Shown here: in pieces, positions 45,851-56,397 of the stretch | Numbering within the stretch: position 1 is the first letter of the stretch | Layout of the letters: each line of letters starts with the position of its first letter | Source: an uncultured virus (IMG/VR IMGVR_UViG_2061766007_000905) | Taxonomy: Duplodnaviria > Heunggongvirae > Uroviricota > Caudoviricetes | Reading direction: 5' to 3' (one strand) | IMG/VR virus record: IMGVR_UViG_2061766007_000905 | DNA length: 64,000 nt | The notes under the pieces: generated by a model | Databases searched by the model: none | What the model saw: the letters and a program-made list of their open reading frames with translations, nothing else | What the model was told of the DNA's origin: nothing | Made by a program: the position numbers and the translations under genes

Positions 45851-46225
45851 ATGATTGTACGAATGAATCACTTGACCGATCAGGAATATGACGTAGAAAT
45901 TGAGAATCTTCGTCTTGTTCCCCGTATCGAAGGACCCTGGTTTGAAAATATATTTATGTGTGATATGTTCAGAATTAAATACGAAGATACTTCTGTAAAG
46001 CTTCGTAGCGATTGGTCGGACGTTATCAATCACATAAAGCCGGATAACTGGATTACGTTGTTTAACATGCAGATGAAAAATGAAAAGGGAAATCCCATTT
46101 CAATTACGTTTGCTGTAACACCGATTAAGGTCAAGAAAGATTACATGTACTTTAATGTTAAACGTTGGGCAATTTTTGACCCGGTAAAGTCCAGGCAGGA
46201 AATTCTGGAAGAGGATGATGAGTAA
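45851..46225 (+). CDS. Hypothetical protein
   Basis: ORF in operon. Confidence 0.6.
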   Translation: MIVRMNHLTDQEYDVEIENLRLVPRIEGPWFENIFMCDMFRIKYEDTSVKLRSDWSDVINHIKPDNWITLFNMQMKNEKGNPISITFAVTPIKVKKDYMYFNVKRWAIFDPVKSRQEILEEDDE

Positions 46226-46227
46226 TT

Positions 46228-46839
46228 ATGTCAATGGTTATTCCTAATGCATATCTTTTTAAGAAGAATGCTGATTTTAACGACCTTAACAAGTGTATTG
46301 CAGAACTTGTAGACCTTAAGAAGAAATACCATGAATGGTTGCTTAAGGAATTTGCTGAACATGATTACATGAATAAGGATATTTGTCCTATGGGCGATTC
46401 TACGACCGACTGGAAACGTATTCGTTCATTCGGCAAGATGTTAAAGGAACGTTCTGAAACGGCAGAACGTGCAGTTGGTTTCGATTTAAGTTTTAATGCT
46501 ATAATTTATTGCCGACAGGTAAACGGCGTAAACTTTATTGTCGTTCAGTTCTTTCCCGGTATGCATGCCAACCAGTTTTTAAGGACTAAGCCGATTAACT
46601 GGCCGGAATATTGGTACACCAACCAGTGTACTGACGGATGCGAGGATATTCCAGATTATCCTGAACGCGAAGAATTTTGGGAAGGACTTTTTGAAAAGTC
46701 TGGTATTCCGTCTGAAAATGGGTTTAATTTTGAATTGATTCCGATGGCTGATTGGGATTTCATGGAATTAGCCCATGACATTTATGATGTAATTAAAGAA
46801 AAACAGGAAAAGGAGTCCAAAAATGCTAACCAAAAATGA
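46228..46839 (+). CDS. Hypothetical protein, distant paralog of 57354
   Basis: YH..ER..D.S..Y.Y..R.EFW..G..FE pattern. Confidence 0.6.
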   Translation: MSMVIPNAYLFKKNADFNDLNKCIAELVDLKKKYHEWLLKEFAEHDYMNKDICPMGDSTTDWKRIRSFGKMLKERSETAERAVGFDLSFNAIIYCRQVNGVNFIVVQFFPGMHANQFLRTKPINWPEYWYTNQCTDGCEDIPDYPEREEFWEGLFEKSGIPSENGFNFELIPMADWDFMELAHDIYDVIKEKQEKESKNANQK

Positions 46840-47278
46840 TGTTGATAAGACACTTGAAGACTACGATAAGCTCGTAGACCGTGCACAACACGTGTTTAAT
46901 CGTCTTTATACTGAACTTTATAAAAAGCATAATGTTCCGGGATTTTGCGATTGGTCTTGCGGTCAGCTTTTCAGAGGTCGTGATAACTATGATATGCATG
47001 TTCGCCAAACCGACAATAAATGAGATTACGTAGATTTTGGTACTTCCGATACCGATAGGGATGGTGACTTTATTGGTTATACCGAATTTAAAAAGGAATT
47101 CCTTTATGATGACGACGCTTTGACCAAGTATATCAAGGAAGAAGACGAAAAATATACAGAACAAGCGCGTCGTCAGCGTGAACGTGAGGCGAAAGAACGT
47201 CAACGCGCGAAAGAAAAGAAAGAAGCGGAAGAACGCGCCGAATACGAAAGATTAAAAGCAAAATACGGAGACAAGTAA
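46823..47278 (+). pseudogene. Paralog of 11409 ORF with one in-frame TGA (47021)
   Basis: frame continues DYVDFGTSDTDRDGDFIG..KAKYGDK after TGA. Confidence 0.7.
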
Positions 47279-48039
47279 TGAAAAATCTTCTTACCGGAAA
47301 AGAAAAGTTTTTGTGGTTTATTTGGGATCATAAGTCTGCAATGAATCATTCGATTGAACGATTCGAACAGGAATTCAAGGCTATTGACCCAGTAATCTAT
47401 GCACAGCTGAAAGAAAAGTATAATCTTCATTTTGAACATGCTAATATCTGGCCGGATAATTATAAACAGTTTGGATTCGTAGTTAAAATCAATTACAATA
47501 AGCAGAAGTTTAAGTTTATTTCACAAGTTGACGAATTCAAGATTCAGCGATTTTCTACATATTGCGACTTTGAAGATTATTTCTTGGATAAGGAATTTCC
47601 GAGCACAATGTATAATTCCATTCAGGAACTTTTCGATGCAGTTGTAAAGACCAAACAGGATTTTGATGAACGAATTTCGATGTATGAAGCAAATGCTGAA
47701 AAGTATATTAAGTATATGGATGCCGGCTTCATGTTTAACGATGTTCTTGACCCGAAGCGTGACGGTAATGCTGAGGTTTACTTGTATATAAATGAAGTCG
47801 ACAAGTATCTTGACATGCTTCCGGCAGATGCGGAAAAAGACGATTACAAGAAGTTCATTATTGAAACTTTCAAGGAAAACTTTACGGATGAAGGCGTTAC
47901 TGTTAATCACGATACTGGCTGCTGGGTAATTACGTACGAACAATGGCTTGTTATCCGTGATGAACGTGCAAAAGAAAAGAAAGAAATGGAAGAGAAGAAC
48001 AAGCAGTATAAAAAGCTTCTCGACGCTATAAATAAATAA
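47278..48039 (+). CDS. Hypothetical protein
   Basis: 253 aa ORF in operon. Confidence 0.65.
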   Translation: MKNLLTGKEKFLWFIWDHKSAMNHSIERFEQEFKAIDPVIYAQLKEKYNLHFEHANIWPDNYKQFGFVVKINYNKQKFKFISQVDEFKIQRFSTYCDFEDYFLDKEFPSTMYNSIQELFDAVVKTKQDFDERISMYEANAEKYIKYMDAGFMFNDVLDPKRDGNAEVYLYINEVDKYLDMLPADAEKDDYKKFIIETFKENFTDEGVTVNHDTGCWVITYEQWLVIRDERAKEKKEMEEKNKQYKKLLDAINK

Positions 48040-48442
48040 CATGAAATTTGATACTGACTGGCATACATTTAAAGATTCTAGCCCATGGGATAATCAAGAC
48101 CAATGGGATAAGTCTTGGTGTATTCTGGTCAATATTAAATTATATCCTTGGAATAAAGATGATCCTTACGAGATAGTCAACGCGAAGATTGTCTTTGATA
48201 AGGAACATAATTGTTGGGATTGGGCGAAGCCAGTAAAAGATAACGATTTTGATGTAGATTGTGACCATCATGTATATGATGCAGGTTGGTGGAGGTTTGT
48301 AGANNNNNNNNNNAAAGATTGTATTTGATAAGGAACATAATTGTTGGGATTGGGCGAAGCCAGTAAAAGACAACGATTTCGACGTAGATTGTGACCATCA
48401 TGTATATGATGCAGGTTGGTGGAGGTTTGTAGAGGAAGAACT

Positions 48443-48814
48443 GTGAAGAATAGGCAAAAAGACAGATATGAGAAGAAGCTCCTCCGTTTTATGAAAGAGC
48501 ATGATAATCTTTGGGAAAAGTCTAAAGATTCTAATGGTATTATCAATGTGGAAAAATGGCGACAACTTTCGGATGATTTAGAAAAACAGTACGGTATGAC
48601 CGAGGCTGACCGCCAGCGTGCTTATTCTTTGCACAGACATCACTCTGACAGGCATTATTGGCATGATACGCAGTTCTATAAGGGCGAGCAAAAACAAAAG
48701 GCCTACGACCGCGCAGAACGCAACGGTTCGCGTGCCCAATATTCAGATGAAACTTTAGAAGCCTTTGATAAGGCTGAACAGGATTGGATTTTAGATGTCT
48801 TCGACTGGCAATAA
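48443..48814 (+). CDS. Hypothetical protein
   Basis: GTG start after GAGGA. Confidence 0.55.
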   Translation: MKNRQKDRYEKKLLRFMKEHDNLWEKSKDSNGIINVEKWRQLSDDLEKQYGMTEADRQRAYSLHRHHSDRHYWHDTQFYKGEQKQKAYDRAERNGSRAQYSDETLEAFDKAEQDWILDVFDWQ

Positions 48815-49082
48815 AGAACCTACATGGTCAGAATGGTTGGATTGGAACCAGGATGACATTTATGATACAATCTATCATGAAGTTCCAGGTAGTAACTGGG
48901 GCGACGTTGAAATAGAATTTGAACATGAAGACGGTCATACAAGTAAGGCTTATATGGTTCCATGGGAAGAATACACCGACGACGATTGGTGGAAATCTTA
49001 TGATTTACAGGATGAGAATTACAAATGGCCGTGTGATACAAAAGATGTCAAAAAATGGCGTTATTTAAATGATTGGGAATAA
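48795..49082 (+). CDS. Trp/Asp-rich hypothetical protein
   Basis: ORF in operon. Confidence 0.55.
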   Translation: MSSTGNKEPTWSEWLDWNQDDIYDTIYHEVPGSNWGDVEIEFEHEDGHTSKAYMVPWEEYTDDDWWKSYDLQDENYKWPCDTKDVKKWRYLNDWE

Positions 49083-49085
49083 ATT

Positions 49086-49427
49086 ATGATTGATTTCAGT
49101 AAAAACGATTTCGCAGTAAATAATTTTTGTAAAAACCTCGTAACTTGGAAACGCATCGCGGAAGAAGCCAAGGGTAACGAAGACAAGATGGCATTATTCA
49201 TACTTCCAGAACCGATAATCCATGAATATAAAAAACCTGGTTCTGATGGCAGTGAAGTTATTAAAATGAAATTTCCGGCTATGACCATGCTCAAGCTTCC
49301 TAGCGGCCAGCAGATTTCTATCCTGGTTCGTTTTGACGAAAACGGTAAGCCTTTGTTTGGCGTTTCCGAAGACATCATGAAATTGTTTGTTGAAGAACAT
49401 AAACCAGAAGAATCTAATGGAAATTAA
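49086..49427 (+). CDS. Hypothetical protein
   Basis: ORF in operon. Confidence 0.55.
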   Translation: MIDFSKNDFAVNNFCKNLVTWKRIAEEAKGNEDKMALFILPEPIIHEYKKPGSDGSEVIKMKFPAMTMLKLPSGQQISILVRFDENGKPLFGVSEDIMKLFVEEHKPEESNGN

Positions 49428-49760
49428 ACACGAAATTGTCAAACAGTTGCACCAAGATACAGGTCATGGAATGATGGTCTGTAAACAGGCATTTATCAAT
49501 AATGGTTGCGATTACAATAAGGCCAAAGATTATCTGTTGAGACATAGGTATTCTCGGCCTTTATCTGGTTGTGTCTATACAGGACCAGACGAACACGATT
49601 ATGACTTTGAAGCATTTGACTATGACTTCTGGCATACACGTGTTTCTCGAAAAATCGATGTGTATCTGACAAAAGACGGAACTATCGATTATAAAAAGTC
49701 TCGTTGGCCAGAACGTATTTCTGACATTCGTGAACGCGAAGCCCGCGAACTGAGACGTAT
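49417..49760 (+). CDS. Second EF-Ts N-terminal domain protein (3' end in gap)
   Basis: VKQLHQDTGHGMMVCKQAF..GCDYNKAKDYL. Confidence 0.7.
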
Positions 49761-49831
49761 NNNNNNNNNNTAAATGAGTTCCTGGAGTTTGTAGGTAGCT
49801 TCTGCACAAAATCAAAAACCTTCATTTATAT

Positions 49832-49908
49832 GCTGTATTAGTTCAGTTGGTTTTTAGAACGACTCCTTGCCATGGAGTAGGTCACCAGTTCGAGCCTGGT
49901 ATACAGCT
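49832..49908 (+). tRNA. tRNA-Gly(GCC)
   Basis: ACTCC TT GCC AT GGAGT. Confidence 0.9.
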
Positions 49909-49917
49909 CTAAATAAT

Positions 49918-49990
49918 GTGTCCATGGTGTAGTGGTTTAACATCAGTGACCGCCAGTCATTGGTCGCCGGTTCGAATCCGGCTGGACGTT
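49918..49990 (+). tRNA. tRNA-Gly(GCC) with C33
   Basis: AGTGA CC GCC AG TCATT. Confidence 0.8.
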
Positions 49991-50000
49991 CTAAAAATTT

Positions 50001-50073
50001 GCCTCAGTGGCGCAATTGGTAGCGCAGCTGACTCTTAATCAGTGGGTTGAAGGTTCGAGTCCTTCCTGGGGTA
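50001..50073 (+). tRNA. tRNA-Lys(CTT)
   Basis: identical to 25390 copy. Confidence 0.9.
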
Positions 50074-50083
50074 CGAAAATTAT

Positions 50084-50174
50084 GGGCACGTAGGCTAAAG
50101 AGTGAATAACCGGATTACCAGGAGGCTGTACGCAAGGAAGCCACCGCATACGGGTTCGAATCCCGTCGAGTCCA
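50084..50174 (+). ncRNA. tRNA-like RNA with Ala-type acceptor and no canonical D/anticodon arms
   Basis: GGGCACG/CGAGTCC A (G3.U70), ACGGG TTCGAAT CCCGT. Confidence 0.55.
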
Positions 50175-50186
50175 CTAAAAATTTTT

Positions 50187-50259
50187 GCCTCTATATGATA
50201 ATGGCCTAGTCGAGCTGACTCTTAATCAGCGGGTCCTGGTTCGAGTCCAGGTAGTGGCA
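50187..50259 (+). tRNA. tRNA-Lys(CTT)
   Basis: GCTGA CT CTT AA TCAGC. Confidence 0.85.
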
Positions 50260-50267
50260 CTAAATAT

Positions 50268-50341
50268 GCGTCATTGGTGTAATGGCTTAACATGGCTGGC
50301 TTCCAACCAGCGGACTGTCGGTTCGAGTCCGACATGACGCT
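50268..50341 (+). tRNA. tRNA-Gly(TCC)
   Basis: GCTGG CT TCC AA CCAGC. Confidence 0.9.
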
Positions 50342-50350
50342 CTAAAATCA

Positions 50351-50423
50351 TCCCATACGTAGTGTAACGGCAGCACAACAAACTGTGACTTTGTTAGATT
50401 GTGTTCGACTCACAACTTGTGGA
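50351..50423 (+). tRNA. tRNA-His(GTG)-like, irregular acceptor stem
   Basis: ACAAA CT GTG AC TTTGT; TCCCATACG/CTTGTGGA. Confidence 0.7.
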
Positions 50424-50543
50424 TTATAAATAGAAAAACGGGACAGATGGTTGCTGCCATTTGTAAGGTATTTTATAGAAAATAAAATAAGGGTTGACGA
50501 AAGTCAATCCATTTTTTATATTATAAACAAAAAGGAGCTTATA

Positions 50544-51365
50544 ATGGGCGCATTGATTACAGAAGATTATGCAAAGGAATGTCTTAATGAACTTAACGAA
50601 GCGGTAAAGATTAACCCTTCCATGTTCCGCGAAGACAAAGTAAAGTCGTTCTATCAGGACCTTTACGGTACCGGTGACCAGAAAATTTATGATGTTTTCG
50701 GTGCATACAATAAGGTCTATGCGACCGAAATTCGTTTTACGGAAGACGAATTCAATGCGGTCAAAAATGTCGTTAAGGAATACGGTTTCGAAATTATTGA
50801 AGAAAGCAAGAAGGAATCTCGTGAAGAAGCGATGAAGCGACTCGGCAACGACTATAACCCGGTTCGTGACGACTATGCGATTATTCTCCAGAAAGGCGAA
50901 GACCAGTTTTATTTGCATGCGTATAAGTCCTGTCCGAATCCTGGGCATTTCGTGAAGCATGCGAAGGCGAACAAGCTTGAAGTTACTTATGGCTTTAACC
51001 GTTTCTGTGCCAACAAGGAAGATACACGGCATTTCTATACTACTCCGCAGACGCAGTTTATCATGGAGCAGTTTGACCCGAAGAATTTTAATGCGTTTAT
51101 CGATATTCTTCGTGCAGGCTTGGAATTAAGACAGTATACTCAGGATAATTCAGATGATTATCATGACGTATTGCGTGACCTGTATCATGAAGACGATAAG
51201 CGTAAGCGTTCTACCCTTAAGGGCCGTTTGCAGATTATTAAAAAGTATGAAGCGAAGCTCGTCGAGAAGGCCAAGAAGGCAGCTGAACGTGAAGCTAAGT
51301 TGGCTGCAAAGCAGGCCGAACGCGAAGCTAAGAAGGCAGCTAAGAAGGCAGCTAAGAAGAAGTAA
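50544..51365 (+). CDS. Hypothetical protein with Lys/Ala-rich tail, paralog of 55784
   Basis: AAGGAG RBS; EIRFTEDE..NPVRDDY; AAKKAAKKK. Confidence 0.7.
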   Translation: MGALITEDYAKECLNELNEAVKINPSMFREDKVKSFYQDLYGTGDQKIYDVFGAYNKVYATEIRFTEDEFNAVKNVVKEYGFEIIEESKKESREEAMKRLGNDYNPVRDDYAIILQKGEDQFYLHAYKSCPNPGHFVKHAKANKLEVTYGFNRFCANKEDTRHFYTTPQTQFIMEQFDPKNFNAFIDILRAGLELRQYTQDNSDDYHDVLRDLYHEDDKRKRSTLKGRLQIIKKYEAKLVEKAKKAAEREAKLAAKQAEREAKKAAKKAAKKK

Positions 51366-51551
51366 TATGAAACAAAAGTATAAGAGTATATGGTTGGATT
51401 GCCAGTTAATTAAAAAGAGTTGATATTTNNNNNNNNNNAAGGCAGCAAAGAAGAAGTAATATGAAACAAAATTATAAGAGTATATGGTTGGATTGCCAGT
51501 TAATTAAAAAGAGTTGATATTTGTCAACTCTTTTTTACATATAAATATTAT

Positions 51552-52436
51552 ATGGAATTGAATGAAGCTATTTTAATATTAAAAGAAAATAATTATATAG
51601 TAACAGAATCATTGGTATCTAATGGACCAAAACTTTTGGCTATGATAAATGATTATCTGAAGAAATCTGGTAACTATGAAGAGCCATTTAGAGTAGCAGA
51701 ATATATTTTGCACAAATCGACAATTAAAGGCAGTGAATCTTTTAGAGTATATAGGTCTGGCGAAAAACTTGCTTATAATGATGATTTTCTTAAAGCATTA
51801 AAACATGCATGCGATGTTTGCGGGTTCTATTGTAATTTTGACGCTCCGAGAGTAATTAACATTACGCCGAAACAAATGACGAAGCAAAAGAAAAGAGACC
51901 CGGGTAAATGTTTTTATCATGTTTCCAAGGCAGCGAACCTCGATAAGACTGGCATAAGAATTAAGAGTAGGCTAAAAGATGACATGTTTGACATATATGA
52001 AGGCCGAATCTATATGGCGATGATTAAGCCTTCTGGTGTAAAATCACTAATTACGATGATTACGAAAGAACATCGTATGAGAATGTCAGAGCTCAATATA
52101 TATAAAGTTGATGTTCCGGCGAATTATGAAATATATCAAGATCCTACTTTGGGCTCGGCGGTTTATGTTACCAATAATATTCCGGCGAAATATGTAACCA
52201 AGCTAGACGTGCTTGATTTTATGACGCCGCGATATTATAAAATGCATGATAAGCCGCTCGATTTCAAAAAAGATAAAGGATTCCATTTCGAACTTTCAAG
52301 AATATTTAGCGATTACGGTATAAGTTATGATTTTTATCAGGACCTTATTGAAAAAGAAGCTGACAAGATTCAAAAAATGTATATGAATGACGATACGCCT
52401 CACACGATAGTAAAAAAGCTTTTAGGACTTAAATAA
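51552..52436 (+). CDS. Late protein with capsid-targeting-like leader and possible ADP-ribosyltransferase (Tpt1-like) fold
   Basis: TATAAATA at 51540; MELNEA..YIVTE; FYHVS..GI..RIYM..IYKVD..DP..VYV..IP. Confidence 0.6.
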   Translation: MELNEAILILKENNYIVTESLVSNGPKLLAMINDYLKKSGNYEEPFRVAEYILHKSTIKGSESFRVYRSGEKLAYNDDFLKALKHACDVCGFYCNFDAPRVINITPKQMTKQKKRDPGKCFYHVSKAANLDKTGIRIKSRLKDDMFDIYEGRIYMAMIKPSGVKSLITMITKEHRMRMSELNIYKVDVPANYEIYQDPTLGSAVYVTNNIPAKYVTKLDVLDFMTPRYYKMHDKPLDFKKDKGFHFELSRIFSDYGISYDFYQDLIEKEADKIQKMYMNDDTPHTIVKKLLGLK

Positions 52437-52972
52437 TTTAAAAAGGGTTGACATTGGTCAACTCTTTTATTATATTAATATAATATAGGAAAACATTAGT
52501 ATGAAAAAGATTGTAAGGAAATTTTTTTATATTGGCGAAGTGTGTATCGGTTTACCGTTCATCACGTGTTTGTGGTTGATTTTTGACCTCATTCCAGCAA
52601 TCCAGGCATGGGCGTTCGATAATGACGACATCAAGTTTATTGATTTCATGAAAGCGCGGTTCCATAAGATGGTAATCGAGGATTTTGACTTTAATCTATT
52701 GATTAAATAAAGGGTTAACATTGGTCAACTCTTTTATTATATTAACGTATATGGATGGTTGTAGTGTATTAAAGCTTGAAGAATTTATTAAATATTGTAA
52801 AACTACATTTTTTATAGATTATGATGGCTATGGTTATTATAGTAATATCAAAGAAATAGGCGAAGACTGTAATGAACCTGAAGATTTAAAGGTATGGCCT
52901 TCAGAAATTTGTGACGGAAAAATTAACTATAATTACAAATACGTGCATTGGTATAATCGATAGGAGAATATT

Positions 52973-53161
52973 ATGAAAGCTTCTGAACTTTTGGAACAGG
53001 TCCAAAATATTATTATAAAATATGGCGATATCGATGTGGTGAAACCATATCGTGAAGAAGGCTGGTTATATTCCGAATATGAACCTATTTCTGATGCATC
53101 AGTTACACGTAAAGTTATTTGTTATGAAGAAACAGGTCCTTATCTGCTTTCTATTGATTAA
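52973..53161 (+). CDS. Hypothetical protein, variant of 35312
   Basis: near-identical pair. Confidence 0.6.
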   Translation: MKASELLEQVQNIIIKYGDIDVVKPYREEGWLYSEYEPISDASVTRKVICYEETGPYLLSID

Positions 53162-53220
53162 ATAAGGGGTTGACATTCGTCAACCTTTTTATTATATTAA
53201 AAAATTAGAGAAGTAAAATT

Positions 53221-53451
53221 ATGAAAATTAGTGAAATAATTAACGAGCTAACTGAATTAAAAGAATACATCGGCGACAAAGAACTTGAAGCATGCATTGC
53301 AAATGCTGTAACAGCAGGTGTCAATGTTATGTATCAGAACGATGATGGTGGCATTACTAGTACGTCGCTGGAAGGCGAAAAGATGGTCAAGCTAATTAAG
53401 GAAACTACGAGTGACCAAGAGGCGCTTGACGAGAAGGCGAATAATAAATGA
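53221..53451 (+). CDS. Hypothetical protein
   Basis: ORF behind promoter cassette. Confidence 0.55.
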   Translation: MKISEIINELTELKEYIGDKELEACIANAVTAGVNVMYQNDDGGITSTSLEGEKMVKLIKETTSDQEALDEKANNK

Positions 53452-53783
53452 GTCTGTATAAAGAAAAAATTTTAAAGAAAGTTTATATTGTTTCAGGACT
53501 TGACGAAAAAGATGGTGATTCGACACTAGATAACTGGCGTTTTCAAAATGTAGGCCATGATATTCGTGAATACATTCGAGAAATGGACTGGGACGAAGAC
53601 TTAATTTATGAAGTCGATTTAACTGGTAAAAATATCGAATTTAGTAAATGTAGCATGGATTGTTATTGGACCACAAGTTCTGAATTAAAGCTTAAAGACT
53701 TAAAAGTTACATGTTATAGAATTACTTCAGAACATAAGACTCTTGATGATGTTGTAGATGTTCCCTGGAAAAACGATAAGTAA
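53448..53783 (+). CDS. Hypothetical protein
   Basis: complete version of 27059 ORF. Confidence 0.6.
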   Translation: MSLYKEKILKKVYIVSGLDEKDGDSTLDNWRFQNVGHDIREYIREMDWDEDLIYEVDLTGKNIEFSKCSMDCYWTTSSELKLKDLKVTCYRITSEHKTLDDVVDVPWKNDK

Positions 53784-53816
53784 AAAATTAAAATAATATC
53801 TATAAGGAAATAAAAA

Positions 53817-54401
53817 ATGGCAAGAAAAAAGAAAAATACCACATCTGATGACGATCCAGTAGTATGCTATACAACTGATGGACCACGTACCAAGAGTCAA
53901 GAAAAAGCACGTCTTAAGAACCTTCGTGACGGTATAATTGAGGCGATGAAGAAGGCTGTAAAGGACGAGCCAGATGTGTATGATGCAAATCGACTTGAAG
54001 ATGCCATTAACGCTTTGAATAAGGTATCAGATGAAAATCTCGATGCATATTTAATTCTTGGTGAGCATTTTTCAATTTTGATGAAACAGATTGAATTCAG
54101 TAAAGCTGAAGTTGATAAACTGTATAAGATGTTAAAGAAAAATTTTGAAATAGTCAAGGACCAACAATGTGAAAAAGACGATAGAACACGTGATGACTTC
54201 CAATTTTTGATTAAGACCAAGAATTGTGATGGCGTTATTGTATGGGTAAATAAAATGAAACCTTTATTCAGCGATTACAAAAACGGATATTATAATATTT
54301 TAATGTGTGGCGATATGTTTTCCATGGTCGAAAAAAATTTTGACAAATTTGAAGACATGCTTGATGACCTCAAGGGTCGTATTGAAAAATGCAAGTTTTA
54401 A
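53817..54401 (+). CDS. Hypothetical protein
   Basis: AAGGA RBS. Confidence 0.6.
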   Translation: MARKKKNTTSDDDPVVCYTTDGPRTKSQEKARLKNLRDGIIEAMKKAVKDEPDVYDANRLEDAINALNKVSDENLDAYLILGEHFSILMKQIEFSKAEVDKLYKMLKKNFEIVKDQQCEKDDRTRDDFQFLIKTKNCDGVIVWVNKMKPLFSDYKNGYYNILMCGDMFSMVEKNFDKFEDMLDDLKGRIEKCKF

Positions 54402-54484
54402 AGCGGACTGAAATAAAATATTTTAGGAAAAAGGGTTGACATTTGTCAATTCTTTTTTTATTTTAATAAAAAAGGAGTAACAAT

Positions 54485-55091
54485 ATGTACGAAGCGCTTT
54501 TTAAACGAATCAAATCAACTGACTTTCCATTAAAGTGTAGAGGTATGTATTACTTCTCTAAAGGTCGTCATGCCCATCAGGAACGTAAAGGTTCTGGTTT
54601 TCCATATTTCGTACACCCTCGCGGTGTTGCTTATATTGTAATNNNNNNNNNNTCATCAAGAAAGAAAAGGCTCTGGTTTTCCATATTTCGTACACCCTCG
54701 CGGTGTTGCTTATATTGTAATGGAACACGGAGGTTCTGTAGACCAAATCAACGCAGCTTTTGCACATGACTTGTTGGAAGATACCGAAACTTCTTATCTT
54801 GAAATCATGGCTGTCGGTAATTCTGAGCATTGTGCTGATTTGTGCACTGAACTCAGGAATAACGAAATCCTTAAAGAAGAAATGGGCAAGGAAGCTTATA
54901 TTAGCGAAAAACTGCTCAAGATGAGTGAAGAAGCTTTGCTTGTTAAACTCGCAGATATGGTTTACAATTCTTTTGATCAACCTGGTGAAAAGGCTTTGAA
55001 CAGAATGTATAAAAATGTTTGCGAGCTTCTTCTGAAGCGCGAGCTTAATGATAAATGTAGAGAACTTGCAAACTTGGTTATTTTGGCTTAA
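54485..55091 (+). CDS. Second Mesh1-like HD hydrolase (split by assembly gap duplication)
   Basis: HQERKGSGFPYFVHP, HDLLEDT, VKLAD. Confidence 0.8.
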
Positions 55092-55247
55092 TTATAAAAG
55101 CTATATTTATTAAGGAGTACAAATGAAATCACAATCGTCACTTCAACAACTTTTGCGCTATAACAAATGGTATGAAAAGTGGTTGAAAAAGAACAAGAAG
55201 ATTAATAAGGGTTGACATGTATCAACCTTTTTTCTATATTATATAAT

Positions 55248-55666
55248 ATGGGAAAATTAGTCAAAATCGAAAAACTCTTTCCATTTACTAAAGAAGAAAT
55301 CGCTCAGATTAAAACAGGATTTAGTCCTTCACTAGATGAATTGTGGTTTCCATATTCTGATATTGATCCGAAGGATTTAGATTGCTTCTATGAGAAAGAT
55401 AAGCCTGAAGAAAATAAGAAGGTATACGTAAGCTATATCGGTAATCCTGCATATTGGGATTGGATGATTAAAGACCGTATTAAGCTCGATAGCTATGATT
55501 ATGGTTTCTGTGATAATGCCACTCAGGCTAGACTGTATGCAGAAGAACAGATGAAGAATGATGATAGAGAATATTGCATTGTTCTTGAAGCCTTTGATGC
55601 ACAAGCCGATTATGGTGAAAAGTTCTATTATAGAAATGGTCCTTATATCGGTAAGATTCCGCATCA
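55248..55666 (+). CDS. Hypothetical protein (3' end in gap)
   Basis: YGFCDNATQ..GPYIGK. Confidence 0.55.
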
Positions 55667-55753
55667 NNNNNNNNNNNNNNNNNNNNNNNNNNNNNNNNNN
55701 NNNNNNNNNNNNNNNNNNNNNNNNNNNNNNNNNNNNNNNNNNNNNNNNNNNNA

Positions 55754-56359
55754 CTTGAAGAAGCAATCAAAATTAATCCTGATATGTTCAATCTCGATAA
55801 GGTTGCAGAATATAGCAAAGAATTACAGAAATTTGAGGGCAACTTCTTTGAAACTTTAAAGAAGCTTGACCAAATTTATAAAGAAGAAGTTCGTTTTACC
55901 GAAGAAGAACGTAATTCAATTAAACAGGTCATTATTGATGTTGGTCATACAATTAAGGAAGAAGTCATAAAAGGAACTAAAGAAGAAATCGGCGAAGAAT
56001 TGTTTAATCCTTTACGTGACGATTATTACATTGTACTTGATAATAATACATTAATTCATTTTCTAAAAATTCATAAAAGACGCGGTGGTTTTGTTGTTGA
56101 TGCTAAAGAAGGTATTAAAGTAGAATATAATATTCTTGAATTTTTTACTCCAGAAACATGTCAACGTTTCTTTAATACTGCTGAACTTGAACACGTGCTT
56201 TATAAGCTATTTGATGCAGAAGATTATTCTTTAGAATCTAATCTTGATAATCTTCGTAAGGCGTTTACACTTAATTCTGAACCTGAATCTGACGATGATT
56301 ATTGGAAGCATCGTGATGAGTATGAAGAAGAACGTAGAAAAGAAAGAAAAACGTTATAA
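55754..56359 (+). CDS. Hypothetical protein, paralog of 50544 (5' end in gap)
   Basis: EVRFTEEE..NPLRDDY. Confidence 0.6.
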   Translation, partial: LEEAIKINPDMFNLDKVAEYSKELQKFEGNFFETLKKLDQIYKEEVRFTEEERNSIKQVIIDVGHTIKEEVIKGTKEEIGEELFNPLRDDYYIVLDNNTLIHFLKIHKRRGGFVVDAKEGIKVEYNILEFFTPETCQRFFNTAELEHVLYKLFDAEDYSLESNLDNLRKAFTLNSEPESDDDYWKHRDEYEEERRKERKTL

Positions 56360-56397
56360 AGATTATAAAGAATACTTATTGTCAACATTAAGAAGGC

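Noticed and set aside
42116..51032. Long antisense ORFs (e.g. 42116, 44371, 45422, 47521, 50424)
   Set aside because: Shadow frames opposite well-supported genes.
8690..54720. Tandem duplications flanking 10-N gaps (8766, 15177, 21784, 44405, 48303, 51428, 54643)
   Set aside because: Typical scaffolding of strain variants, not biological repeats; larger duplicated genes (aroE, HD hydrolase, tRNAs) may also come from co-assembled genomes.
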